64,000 nucleotides of DNA, taken from Octopus sinensis (lineage: Eukaryota). The position numbers and the translations under genes are program-made. The stretch is taken from the NCBI RefSeq assembly GCF_006345805.1, contig NC_043018.1:28830001-28894000 (forward strand), read 5' to 3'. This document shows, one piece after another, positions 13,753 to 26,897 of the stretch. The notes below the pieces were generated by a model. The model searched no databases. It was not told the origin of the DNA and saw only the letters and a program-made list of their open reading frames with translations. Each line of letters begins with the position of its first letter. The first letter of the stretch is position 1.

Positions 13753-15803
13753 TTGGCCAAGGTGCTAGCCAAGAGGTTGGCGCTTGTCATCGAGAAACTG
13801 GTCGACAAGGCGCAACATGCGCCGTGCCAGGCCGGACCATCCATGACAACCTCCATCTGATGCGCTACATCATAGACAGGGTAGTTAACGACCTGGCATG
13901 GGTGGGGCCCTGATCACTTGGATCAATCAAAAGCCTTTGATAGGGTAGACCATCGATACTTGGAGGCAGTCCTGATAGCGGCTGGTTCGGTCCCGTTCTC
14001 CGCGGCTGGATAGCTGCCTTGTACAGAGGCATCCGTTCGGTAATTCGCGTAAATGGACATCTATCGAGACCTTTCGACATTGCACGTTCGGTCCGTCAGG
14101 GATGCCCCCTCTCGGCGCTTCTATACGTATTGAACTCTTGAGCCACTACTGCGGAAGCTGGCGACTCTAAGGGGCATCCCGCGAGAATTGGGATGCGGGA
14201 CGAGCGTGTCTGCATACGCGGACGACGTCACCGTCATAGTGTCTAGCCACGAGCACATCGAGCTGGTCGGCGAGACACTGAAAAACTACGAAGCGGTGAC
14301 AGGAGCGAAAATCACCCGGGAAAAGTCAGTGGGCTTTGCGACTAGGCACCTGGAGAAGCAAGCCCATGCCGTCCACCAGCGCCTCCGTCGTGGGACTGCT
14401 GGACGACGGCCCGTTGAGTTGCTCGGGGTCTGGTTTGGTCCGGACCTCCAAGTGGAGAAGAACTGGAACGAGATAACGAGTAGGGTGGTCACTCTCGCCC
14501 GGCAATGGTCCGAGAGGAACTGTCCCTAAAAGGTCGAGCGGAGGTGGCGAACACGTACATCGCGTCCGTCATCTACTACCGCCTGACCGTCGTACCTTGT
14601 CCCGACCCTACCATCACCAAACTACAACGCATCCTCTTTCGCTTCTTGTGGAAAGGATGCGTCCCGATGGTCATGCGATCCATTTGCTGTGTCAACACCC
14701 GTTAAAAGGAGGGCTGGGCATGCCGTTGTTGATGATGCGCAGACACGCGCTGAGACTGCGACATCTCTGCTCTTGTAGACGACGGTGACAGTTGTGGTCG
14801 CCGTGTGTGAGGCACGCTTTTCCCGCGCTCGTCTCCATGACCGAACTGCAGTCGTGGATCAAAAAGAGGCCGAGGAAGGGCGAATGGCACCGCGAGTGTC
14901 GCGTTGCTCTCAAGCAACTCTGCCGTCCTGGGTCGACCTTAAGTGACTTCAACACAACCAAAGCATTCTATAGGGGTTTAGTGGAGGGGAGGTACGACGA
15001 CGAGCTCGGGCGAACCTGGACGTCGACGAGGAGTACCTAGCCCGCCTGTTCGGGACGACTTTCGGGCCAGGGCCCATGGACAACTTCCAGAGATCCCTGG
15101 CCTGGCAGTGCTACGAGAAGCGCTACCCGTTCGGGATAAGCTCTACAGACACGGCTCGAGAAACACGGGGCCGACCTGCCCGAGATGCGGTCAGACGACG
15201 AAAACCGTTCTGCACGCACTCGTTCAGTGTCCAACAATTCCCGACCTGTGGGCTTATGTCGAACAACTGCTGTCACGTGTGGGACGAGTCGGTTTATCAG
15301 CTGAGTCTATCGTCAATATTGTCACGCCTCCTTCCTTCAAACGGGAAGGAAAGCTATTTTCATCATCCTTGTGGCTATGGCGAAAGAATGTATCTGGTGG
15401 ACGCGTCTGAAAGGATTGGAGACAAACACTTTCCTCTCTGGTCAATCTCTCATCAACCTTCTTCAAGTACCACTTGAAAAGGAAAGTGAGAGTAGAGAGG
15501 CAATTTTTGTCTAGCGAATGTTTTAAAAAAAGATGGGTGAATGTAGCAAGAATGGCACGTATGAATGACGAAGCCACCTTGAGCATAGTCCTATGAACCC
15601 AGAAATCGAAAACAGAGAGTTGCTTATTTCAAAAAAAAAAAAAAAAAAAAAAAGAAATATAAAATGTGACTTCATTGACCGAGGTTACCGTGGTCTTTTC
15701 CGCAGGCTTTTCTTTCCACGGGTAACTCACCTGTCCTCCCCTTTACACTTCATATTGACATTTCTGTGATACGATCCCTATTGATCATTTTTTTTTCCTC
15801 TCT

Positions 15804-15834
<31 letters not shown>

Positions 15835-15999
15835 AACCCCCCCCTATTTTGTCCTCTTTCTCTCCTTTTACATCCCGTTTGATCGAACCTCCCCCTCTCC
15901 TTTTTTTTTTTTTTTTTTTTTTTTTAATACCTTCAAAAGAAAAGCTCTACCTTGTAATTTGTTCTATCTGTGTGCAGCCCTGTGTGGCTAATAAAAACA
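13752..15999 (+). mobile_element. Family 1 copy B' (same 5' truncation point as copy B)
   Basis: TCTA|TTTGGCCAAGG junction identical to 5015; shares B-specific variants. Confidence 0.95.
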
Positions 16000-16024
16000 T
16001 ATCTATCTATCTATCTATCTATCG

Positions 16025-16118
<94 letters not shown>

Positions 16119-16235
16119 CTATCCATCTATCATCTATCTATCTATCTATCTATCATCTATCTATCTATCATCTATCTATCTATCTATCTATCTATCTACC
16201 TATCTATCTATCTATCTATCATCTATCTATCTATC

Positions 16236-16268
<33 letters not shown>

Positions 16269-16314
16269 CCTATCTATCTATCTATCTATCATCTATCTAT
16301 CTATCTATCTACCT

Positions 16315-16717
16315 AGGCAAGTTTTGTCTAGCGAATGTTTTAAAAAAAGATGGGTGAATGTAGCAAGAATGGCACGTATGAATGACGAAGCCACCTTGAG
16401 CATAGTCCTATGAACCCAGAAATCGAAAACAGAGAGTTACTTATTTGCAAAAAAAAAAAAAAAGAAATAAAAATGTGACTTCATTGACCGAGGTTACCGT
16501 GGTCTTTTCCGTAGGCTTTTCTTCCACGGGTAACCCTCACCTGTCCTCCCCTTTACACTTCATATTGACATTTCTCTGTGATAACGATCCCTATTGATCA
16601 ATTTTTTTTTCCTCCCCCTCCTCCCCCCCCCCTTTTTTTTTTTTTTTTTAAACCCCCCCATTTTTTTTTTTGTCCTCTTTCTCTCCTTTTACGATCCCTT
16701 TTGATCGAAACCCCCCT

Positions 16718-16751
<34 letters not shown>

Positions 16752-16824
16752 CCTTCAAAAGAAAAGCTCTACCTTGTAATTTGTTCTATCTGTGTGCAGC
16801 CCTGTGTGGCTATAAAAAGAAACA
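16315..16824 (+). mobile_element. Family 1 copy D (510-bp 3' fragment)
   Basis: Starts AGGCAAGTTTTGTC (RQVLSSECF...EATLSIVL*, stop at 16413), full 3'UTR, flanked by TATC tracts 16000-16314 and 16825-16904. Confidence 0.93.
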
Positions 16825-17139
16825 TATCTATCTATCTATCTATCTATCATCTACCTATCTATCTATCTATCTATCATCTATCTATCTATCTATCTATCTA
16901 TCTACCTTCTCTGTCAATCCTCACAATGGACGGACGCTAGTCATATCGGCTCCACGGTAAGTGGCCACTTTTACATGTTTAAAACTCCTTGTTGTCAAAT
17001 ATTTTGTTTTAATCGTTGTGCAGTTCCATTCACTAAAAACCTGAGAATTATTCACGTAGAATTCGCTCCCTGTATGGGCGAAATTACAAAAAACTTTCAA
17101 AACTTTCGTGGGTTTTTTGAGCCATTTTTCATTTTGAAA

Positions 17140-19093
17140 ATGGCAACTAGAAACCACGTGGCTAGCCCGCCAGTCTGCAGAACGGTAAGCAAAACACTAT
17201 TGCTACCACTAGCTACTAAACATCGCAGCGTGAACACCGCTGTCACCACCATCACCACCACCAACAACAACAACAACAAATCTAACGTCGCATTCACCAT
17301 CGCCGCGACCAAAGACATTAACTTAGATTTCCCCTCACTCCCCACACCACTTGTTGATGATAAAGGGACAGAGAAAGGGATTTCAAAAATAAATACAAAC
17401 GAAAACATGAATGCCAGCACCACCACCATCACCACCAACAACAACAACAACGAAATTGGCACAAAGCCGCCTACCAAAGACAACACCGCCAACACCAACA
17501 CCACTACTACGACGTCAAATGCTACATCCAAGCCTTCTGCTGCTAATACCGCCAACACCAACACCACTACCATGACTTCAATTAACACTGTCACAATTAA
17601 CACTTCTACTGCCAAATTCAAAACGAATTTTGCGGACGTAACAAAACAAAAAAGAACAATTGTAACATTCACCACACAAGAGATAAACCGCACAAAGGCA
17701 CTCTCTCTCCAAAGAGAGGACAAATTGCACTTCATATTCCACAACACATCGTGGAAAACACAAAAAAAAAAAACAATAATTTATAAAGTAATAAACAATA
17801 AAACAAGAAGAACAGAAAATGCACCGCAGGAAAAAATCGATAAATGCCTTCGTCCTGTATGGGACTCCAAGGAATATATCAGTTGGGGAAACAAATTGGT
17901 ACAGTCCAAGTACGTTTCCTCAACGAAAGTTTAGCAAAACGTTTTTCCACATTGGAGCTGCATTCGGACGACTTGGTATGATACCACTCTACTTAAACAA
18001 AAGGGTCACGAAAGTCCAAATAAAAAAAATACCATTTGATGTCGAAACACAATGGTTGGTCTCTGCCATCTGCTTTGAAATGCCAGAGACAATGTCAGAG
18101 ACAAACATCCTGGAAATCGCGGTTCTAGGAGAGAAAGACTATGTGGGCAAATCAATCGAATTCCTGCTTCAATTGGATGAAGCAGCAAGAGAGAAGATAC
18201 CCACCGCTATAGAACTGCCAGGAGGCTACAAACTCTATATAGTGGTAGAGGGCAGGCGACACGCTGCTATTTGTGTGGAAGCGAAACACACTTGAAAAAG
18301 ACGTGCCCAACCACTGCACACCAAGAGCAACAACAAAACACTACCACAACCAAAGCACTCCGGAAAAAAAAGCTCTACTACCCACACCACCATCAACACA
18401 GAAGACAAGAGAAGCACACCAAGCTAATCCGTCATCAACCAAAAACCACTCAACACCTGAAAAAATACCAACACCACCATCAACAGCAAAACCCAAAGGA
18501 ACAGAAAAACAAAGAAAACACACACAAACACTCAACAACCAACAACAACGAAAACAACAACACAACCACTTACACAGACATACATAGAAGCCCACAACAT
18601 ACCCCTACCCCCTTTTGATTCCTCAGAAATTTCGTCGGAAGACGAAAGCAGTGAGGAATGGCAAATAGCTACAAAAAGAAGGAAAATAAAGAGCAGAAAC
18701 ACAACCAAACCAAATGCAAACACGAACAAAGCAGGGGGAAATACATCTCCCGAAGACATTTCAAAACCCAACGCAAAAACAGCCACACCAACACCACAAA
18801 AACATATACAGCAAACATGCTCACAGCCATAGACACGAAAAAACACATTGATGGAATACATCCAATCAAAAACAAACATAACAGAAGATGACATAAAAAC
18901 AAACAATCACCCATACACAACACCACCAGACCACATCAAAATATTACACATCTCCAAAAGTCTGCACCACACACTCAAAGGCATTTTCCCCAGTGCGGTT
19001 GGTAAATGCCCAAAATATCTCACAAAGAAACTGTACTGGGATCTTCTCGAGGACAAACCAACGGAGGAGAAAGCAAAAACTTTCGAGCAGTAA
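17140..19093 (+). CDS. ORF1, about 650 aa when frames are joined, with CCHC zinc knuckle
   Basis: MATRNHVASPP start; central EKIDKCLRPVWD...GNK...VEGRR domain aligns by eye with family 2 ORF1; CYLCGSETHLKKTC at 18265-18306; ends KAKTFEQ*. Confidence 0.82.
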
Positions 19094-19124
19094 GTAACCC
19101 TCTGTATTCTAATTCATTAGAACT

Positions 19125-22100
19125 ATGATCAAGATTGGTTGTGTAAATGCGCGTGGCTTGGGGTCCCCTTGGAAACAGGGGTACCTCTTAAATGACATAA
19201 AGTCACATAAGTTAGAAATCATAGCCATAAGCGAGACCAGACTCCACAATCCGCGGGCCCTAAAGACCATGTTTGGCGGACAGTTCAACATTTATTTTTC
19301 CCCCTGTCTGCCGAGAATGGGCGGTAGTGGCACCGCGGTACTTTTCACAAGAGTCTGGATCTCAATGTAAGGACAATATTCGTAGACCCGGAGGGTAGAG
19401 ACTGGTCGTCCTGGATGTCGACGGCAGCAATGGGTGCGCTTTTCGACTCGTATCAGTTTACGCACCGCCCTTAACAGGTCGGGCGGATTTCTTTCAACGT
19501 CTAGAAATTTTCTTGGGAACGTCTCGTCCTTTACTCTTAGTGGGGATTGGAATGCTACCTTGGACACGCATGTAGACTACGTGGTTAGAGATAGGAATAG
19601 ACGGGGATGCAAATGCCTCAGAGACCTGCTCAGACGCTTTCAACTGTCTGACAGGTTCCGACTAGACCACCCGAATGCGCCAACGTGGACATGGAGCAAC
19701 CGCATCGGGTCGTCGAGATCGTATCTAGATAGGATACTGTGTAGGACAGTAGATAGAGATAGCATAGGATGTCCACAATTCCACATAGTCAGCTACACGG
19801 ATCACAAACTTGTGACATGTACGCTAGACTTAGGTAAGACACTAGGCAGGGTCCCGGATACTGGAAACTAAACGCGTCTTTCCCATCGAGACAAGTTTTC
19901 AGAGACCGGATTAACACACTAGTAAAGAGGGCTTTGACGGGAGCCATCATCAACAACAAATGGTGGTTTGCCCTCAAGAGAGCAGTAAAAGCAGAAGCGA
20001 TTAGGTACAGCAAAGCACTAGCCATAGACAGAAATAGAGTAGAGGGTGAGCTAGTTAAGAAGCTAGAAGAGGCAATTAGAAGCGGCATCGCATCCGACGT
20101 TTTGGCGGCGAGGTTGGCCCTCGACCAACACTTCAACGCCAAACACGAAGGATGTGCTGTCAGAGCTAGGATGCGTGCTCTAAGGAACGAAGGTGTTGGA
20201 GCGCGCGAGAGAGGCCCGGGTGGCAGAGGCGCAACAGGGCAACAAAGCCACCATTCGGTCACTGGTAGATGAACAGGGGCGCGAATCGCTCGAGCCAAGT
20301 AAAATGTGTGAGGCCTTTCAGCAGCATTTTGCCCGACTGTTCGGAACGAGTGGAGGGCAAGAACGTAGGGTGGACTTCAGTGCCTACCTACATAGCCTAC
20401 CACGACTCTCGACAAGAAAGGCAGGGTGCTGCGAAGGTGCCATCACGGCGGCGGAAGTGCGGGAAGCGATGGCAGAATGCTCGAGGGACAAATCACCGGG
20501 TTTGGATGGTCTACCCTACGAGCTTTACAATTGTATGCCAGACTTGTTTGGAGATCTCTTGGCGGCGGTGTACTGCAACTGGCAGCAAACGGGAGCATTC
20601 CTGGTTTTGTGAGCCGAGGAGCCGTAACACTGCTGAAGAAAGATCTAAACAAGGGAAATGTAATAGATAACTTTAGGCCCATCACTCTGCTTAATGCAGA
20701 CTTGAAAATTTTGGCCAAGGTGCTAGCCAAGAGGTTGGCACTTGTTATCGAGAAACTGGTCGACAAGGCGCAAACATGCGCCGTGCCAGGCCGGACCATC
20801 CATGACAACCTCCATCTGATGCGCTACATCATAGACAGGGTAGTTAACGAACCTGGCATGGGTGGGGCCTGATCAACTTGGATCAATCGAAAGCCTTGAT
20901 AGGGTAGACCATCGATACTTGGAGGCAGTCCTGAGAGCGGCTGGTTTCGGTCCCGTCTTCCGCGGCTGGATAGCTGCCTTGTACAGAGGCATCCGTTCGG
21001 TAATTCGCGTAAATGGACATCTATCGAGACCTTTCGACATTGCACGTTCGGTCCGTCAGGGATGCCCCCTCTCGGCGCTTCTATACGTATTGACTCTTGA
21101 GCCTACTACGGCGGAAGCTGGCGACTCTAAGGGGCATCCCGCGAGAATTGGGATGCGGGACGAGCGTGTCTGCATACGCGGACGACGTCACCGTCATAGT
21201 GTCTAGCCACGAGCACATCGAGCTGGTCGGCGAGACACTGAAAAATTACGAAGCGGTGACAGGAGCGAAAATCAACCGGGAAAAGTCAGTGGGCTTGCGA
21301 CTAGGCACCTGGAGAAGCAAGCCCATGCCGTCCACCAGCGCCTCCGTCGTGGGACGCTGGACCGACGGCCGGTTGAGTTGCTCGGGGTCTGGTTTGGTCC
21401 GGACCTCCAAGTGGAGAAGAATGGAACGAGATAACGAGTAGGGTGGTCACTCTCGCCCGGCAATGGGCCGAGAGGAAACTGTCCCTAAAAGGTCGAGCGA
21501 GGCGGGGTGGCGAACACGTACATCGCGTCCGTCATCTACTACCGCCTGACCGTCGTACCTTGTCCCGACCCTACCATCACCAAACTACAACGCATCCTCT
21601 TTCGCTTCTTGTGGAAAGGATGCGTTCCGATGGTCAGGCGATCCATTTGCTGTCAACACCCGTTAAAAGGAGGGCTGGCATGCCGTGGTTGATGATGCGC
21701 AGACACGCGCTGAGACTGCGACATCTCTGGCTCTATGTAGACGACGGTGAACAGGTGTGGTCGCCGTTTGTGAGGCACGCTTTCCCGCAGCTCGTCTCCA
21801 TGACCGAACTGCAGTCGTGGATCAAAAAGAGGCCGAGGAAGGGCGAATGGCACCGCGAGTGTCGCGTTGCTCTCAAGCAACTCTGCCGTCCTGGGTCGAC
21901 CTTAAGTGACTTCAACACAACCAAAGCATTCTATAGGGGTTTAGTGGAGGGGAGGTACGACGACGAGCTCGGGGCGAACCTGGACGTCGACGAGGAGTAC
22001 CTGACCCGCCTGTTCGGGACGACTTTCGGGCCAGGGCCCATGGACAACTTCCAGAGATCCCTGGCCTGGCAGTGTGCTACCGAGAAGCGCTACCCGTTCG

Positions 22101-22562
22101 GGATAAGCTTACAGACACGGCTCGAGAAACACGGGGCCGACCTGCCCGAGATGCGGTCAGAGCGACGAAACCGTTCTGCACGCACTCGTTCAGTGTCCAA
22201 CAATTTCTGACCTGTGGGCTTATGTCGAATAACTGCTGTCACGTGTGGGACGAGTCGGTTTATCAGCTGAGTCTATCGTCAATATTGTCACGCCTCCTTC
22301 CTTCAAACGGGAAGGAAGAGCTATTTTCATCATCCTTGTGGCTATGGCGAAAGAATGTATCTGGTGGACGCGTCTGAAAGGATTGGAGACAAACACTTTC
22401 CTCTCTGGTCAATCTCTCATCAACTTCTTCAAGTACCACTTGAAAAGGAAAGTGAGAGTAGAGAGGCAAGTTTTGTCTAGCGAATGTTTTAAAAAAAGAT
22501 GGGTGAATGTAGCAAGAATGGCACGTATGAATGACGAAGCCACCTTGAGCATAGTCCTATGA
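19125..22562 (+). CDS. ORF2, about 1140 aa when frames are joined (APE, RT, zf-RVT-like)
   Basis: [43 protein letters not shown], ...EATLSIVL*. Confidence 0.9.
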
Positions 22563-22943
22563 ACCCAGAAATCGAAAACAGAGAGTTGCTTATTTGCAAA
22601 AAAAAAAAAAAAAAAAAAGAAATATAAAATGTGACTTCATGACCGAGGTTACCGTGGTCTTTTCCGTAGGCTTTTCTTTCCACGGGTAAACCTCACTGTC
22701 CTCCCCTTACACTTCATATTGACATTTCTGTGATAACGATCCTTATTGATCAATTTTTTTTTCCTCTCCCCCCTTTTTTTTTTTTTTTTTAACCCCCCCT
22801 TTCTTTTGTCCTCTTTCTCTCCTTTTACGATCCCTTTTGATCGAACTCCCCTTCTTTTTTTTTTTTTTAAACCTTCAAAAGAAAAGCTCTACCTTGTAAT
22901 TTGTTCTATCTGTGTGCAGCCCTGTGTGGCTAATAAAGAAACA

Positions 22944-23025
22944 TATCTATCTATCTATCTATCTATCAATCTATCTATCTATCTATCTATCATTCTCTAT
23001 CTATCTATCTATCTATCTATCTATC

Positions 23026-23060
<35 letters not shown>

Positions 23061-23197
23061 ATCTATCATCTATCTATCTATATTTATCTATCTATCTATC
23101 TATCATCTATCTATCTATCTATCTATTATCTATCTATATCTATCATCTATCATCTATTATCTATCTATCTAGCTAGCTATCTATCTATCTCACTCAG

Positions 23198-23262
<65 letters not shown>
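22944..23262 (+). repeat. Degenerate (TATC)n followed by (CA)n, right edge of the array
   Basis: TATC units with TCA/TATT variants to about 23188, then an (AC)n run. Confidence 0.9.
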
Positions 23263-23265
<3 letters not shown>

Positions 23266-23365
23266 GCTCATATACAGGCACACTACAAGGGAATTCCCAT
23301 CACAAGGTTTGGATACTATCTTAAAGTCTCCTGCCTAATATTTGATTTTAAATACAACTTATGTA

Positions 23366-23410
<45 letters not shown>

Positions 23411-23413
<3 letters not shown>

Positions 23414-23700
23414 CGAGACTGACCAGGCTATCAGATGTTGCTACACATCGCTGGTCACAATGCGCTTCGCATTGTTTTAGCCTTCAAATGACGCCACCCC
23501 GCTGGCTAAGCGAGCAGGCCAACAGAAGAGTGAAAGTTGTGGCGAAAGAGTACAGCAGGGATCGCCACCACCCACTGCATCGTGGAGCTTTAGGTGTTTT
23601 CGCTCAATAATCACTCACACCACCCGGTCTAGGAATCGAAGCCGCGCGCGATCCTACGACCACGAGTCCGCTGCCGTAACCACTGGGCCATTGCGCCTCT
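23411..23700 (-). mobile_element. tRNA-derived SINE family gamma
   Basis: Head reverse complement AGAGGCGCAATGGCCCAGTGGTTA...GACTCG...TTCGATTCC; the head recurs at 35902, 58020 and 63092. Confidence 0.75.
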
Positions 23701-23734
23701 ATATATATATATATAATATATATAATATATTATA

Positions 23735-23905
23735 TATATATATGACGGGCTTCTTACAGTTTCCACCTACCAAATGCACCCACAAGGTTTTGGCAGGCTC
23801 GAGGCTATAGGAGAAGACACTTGCCAAAGGTGCCACGCAGTGGGACTGAACCCGAAACCATGTGGTTGGGAAGCAACCTTCTTACCAAGCAGCTACTTCT
23901 GCGCT
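23735..23905 (-). mobile_element. SINE family beta, 5' half
   Basis: Reverse complement of ...CAACCACATGGTT.CGGGTTCAGTCCCACTGCGTGGCACCTT...GAAGCCCGTC. Confidence 0.75.
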
Positions 23906-24010
23906 TATGTGGCGTAATGTTAGACATGGGGGATGGGAGTTGGCATGCAATTGCTTTCATCTGATTGGCCGATCATTATACTGTTCACTATTAATGTGAC
24001 TATGCAGATA

Positions 24011-24226
24011 GGGTGGCGAGCTAGAAAAACTGTTAGCGCGCCGGACAAAATGCTGGTCGACATTTTGTCCCATCGTACGTTCTGAGTTCAAATTCTGCTG
24101 AGGTCGACTTTGGTTTTTCATACTTTCAGGGGGAGAAAAAATAAGTACCAGTTGCGCACTAGAGTCTATGCAGTTGACTTATCCCACCTCCACAAGCTTG
24201 CTGGTCTTGTGCCAAAATTTGAAACC
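24011..24226 (+). mobile_element. SINE alpha with the GTGCCAAAATTTGAAACC tail
   Basis: Head, B-box GAGTTCAAATT, core and tail are recognisable. Confidence 0.75.
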
Positions 24227-25389
24227 AATGTGGCCGTGGTGGTGGAATAGAAATATCTCACGTGCTATTTGCTTATTGACCGAATACTTAATGCTGTTTA
24301 CAGGTGGCGTTAGTGGTGGTATGTAGATGTGTCCCTTGGTTATTGAGGCGTTGGAATGAAGGTTTGTCACATGGTATCCTACCTCTGATAGAGAATATGT
24401 TGCTGTTCTCTAGTGGCGGTGGATGAAGTCATATGCACGTCAGTCACGTGGTATCCCTTCCTTGACGGATTAATTCTCTCAGTTTAAGGTTCAGGTGGTA
24501 TTGGGTAGTATGATAAAAGGATGGGGATATGTAGTCTGAGAGAGGAGAGGGTGTATGTGTGTGTGTGACAAAGTAGATCTATACTGATATTAATGGTTGA
24601 AAATAGTAGAATAACGAAAGAAAGATTTTTGTAGTTGTGCGAAATTTTTCTCCCTTTTCTTTGGTTGTGGAAGAAAATGAAGCTGGAATATTGGAAGCCA
24701 GAAATCTAATTTGCGATAAGAAATATGGAAATGGGAAAATGAAATACAGTAAATTTACTTGCATTTTATTACTGTAATACAATAAACTCTACACACATAG
24801 ATACATACATAATACACACTTGCACTATGTTTCTCTATATCTATGCATGTTTGTTTTGTTTTTTAGTCATTAGAATTCTTCTTAAAAGGAAGAAATTGGT
24901 TTCTAACAAAGAAAAACAGCTCCATTGCTGGAATTCTGATATCAATAATAGCGAGTTTACATGTTGAACTTTAGAAAGTCTTGCATATTTATATTGTTCT
25001 TCTTACAGATCGTATTTGTAAAGTGCGTACCAGCCTTTCTCTTTCTTTGCCTGAAAATCGTAGCTTTTCCATATTGTTATATTTAGACATTTAATATCGT
25101 AGCCATGTATGGTAAAAATTATTTTGTGAAGATGCATGAGTGTTGTACTCATGCTCCCAAGATTGTGGGTTCGATATCCGAACAGGGCGGTACGCAGTGC
25201 TCTTCTGTTAAACAATTCATTTCACGTTACTCAAGTCGACTCAACAGTAAATGGGTAACTCTCGTTTAGAGGCTAGCGTTGTGACCTCGGTTACTTATAT
25301 GCCATTACAACCGGGCAACAAGCCACATGAACCCTGGGTCAGGAGAAAATATTGTCCAGTTGATGATGGTGATGAACAGTTATTGGGAT

Positions 25390-26520
25390 AAATGTGGATT
25401 TGTTACCAGGCTGTATATATCTGTGATATCGGCGTCTATATTCGCTTCAGGATTACAAGTAAGGTCTTTGATGTTAAACGCTTTAATGACAAGTCGAAGA
25501 CATTCCAGGGCCTTGTTCGAGAGCTCCTTTATGTTTATGATGTAGTTCTCGTCGCTCACACCGAGGAGGATATGCAGGCTATATTGGATCGCTTCTCTAG
25601 AGTTTGTATTCCTTTTGGACATATCATCAGTCTAAAGAAAACAAAGATCATGTTCTCTCAACCACCAGGCCAACCCTATGAGGAACCTAGCAACTTTGTC
25701 CAAGGTACAAGATTAGATGTAGTTAACTCGTTCATCTACCTTGGCAGCACTCCTTCTAGAGATAGATCCCTTGACTCTGAAATAATCCTGAGAATTGAAA
25801 AAGCCAGCAAAGCATTTTGAAGCCTTGAAAATCGTGTGCGGTCTGACAGAAGTCGCACCTTCAAAACCAAGCTTAGTATATATGAATCTTGCATTTTAAC
25901 GCTCCTCCTGTACTCTTCTGAGACCTGGACGACATACCGGCGCCACATCAAGGCTTTAGGAAGATTCCATTAGACTTGCCTAAGAAGGATATTAGACATC
26001 AAATGGAAGTCTTTAACACCAGACACCGTTGTTCTACAGCAAGCTAACACATTCAGTATTGAAATGATCCTCATACGCAATCAGATTGGGCGTTGGGTTG
26101 GGCACCTTGCTAGGCTGCAGAATGACAGGTTGCCAAAGCAGTTGTTTTACGGGGAGTTGCAGCGTGGCAAACGTCGGAGACATAAGCCTAAGAAACGTTT
26201 TAGGGATGCTGTCAAAAGCAACATTAAGGCTCTTAATGTGAAAGTTGAAGGCTGGGAGCAGATGACGCAAGATCGAACGGTTTGGAAACAAATGATCTAC
26301 AAGAGATGTAAAGCATTTGAAGCTCGAAGAATTGAACAATCTGTCTTGAAACGAGCTCTTCATAGACAGCACTTAACTACAATCCCAAACACTTTTCTGC
26401 TTAAAAATATTTGTAAGATCTGCATTAGGGTTTGCTTGTCAAGAACGGGACTTGCTAGTCATATAAGTTCTCATGACAGTATTGATTAATTGAAGAGATG
26501 GTCTTCTGAAAAAAAAAAGG
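25390..26520 (+). pseudogene. 5'-truncated RTE (BovB-like) LINE remnant: RT C-half plus C2H2 zinc finger
   Basis: LVRELLYVYD (degenerate FADD), ISLKKTKIM, FIYLGS, LLYSSETW, WVGHLARLQNDRLPKQLFYGEL, CKICIRVCLSRTGLASHISSH; internal stops. Confidence 0.88.
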
Positions 26521-26547
26521 CAATCATCATCATATATATATATATAT

Positions 26548-26779
26548 ATTTCTTTACTACCCACAAGGGGCTAAACATAGAGGGGACAAACAAGGAAAGA
26601 CAAACGGATTAAGTCGATTATATCGACCCCAGTGCGTAACTGGTACTTGATTTATCGACCCCGAAAGGATGAAAGGCAAAGTCGACCTCGGCGGAATTTG
26701 AACTCAGAACGTAACGGCAGACGAAATACGGCTACGCATTTCACCCAGCGTGCTAACGATTCTACCAGCTCGCCGCCTT
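26548..26779 (-). mobile_element. SINE alpha with Tx1-like tail
   Basis: Tail reverse complement TTTAGCCCCTTGTGGGTAGTAAAGAAA; flanked by ATCATCATCATATAT-like direct repeats. Confidence 0.85.
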
Positions 26780-26838
26780 CATCATCATCATCATATATGA
26801 GCTGAAACTAGAATCAATCAAGAATCAATCATATATAC

Positions 26839-26897
<59 letters not shown>

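Larger units (their letters stand above)
16905..22943 (+). mobile_element. Family 1 copy C' (full-length, about 6.04 kb)
   Basis: Same 5' end as C; ORF1 and ORF2; 3' end AATAAAGAAACA then (TATC)n to about 23188. Confidence 0.95.
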
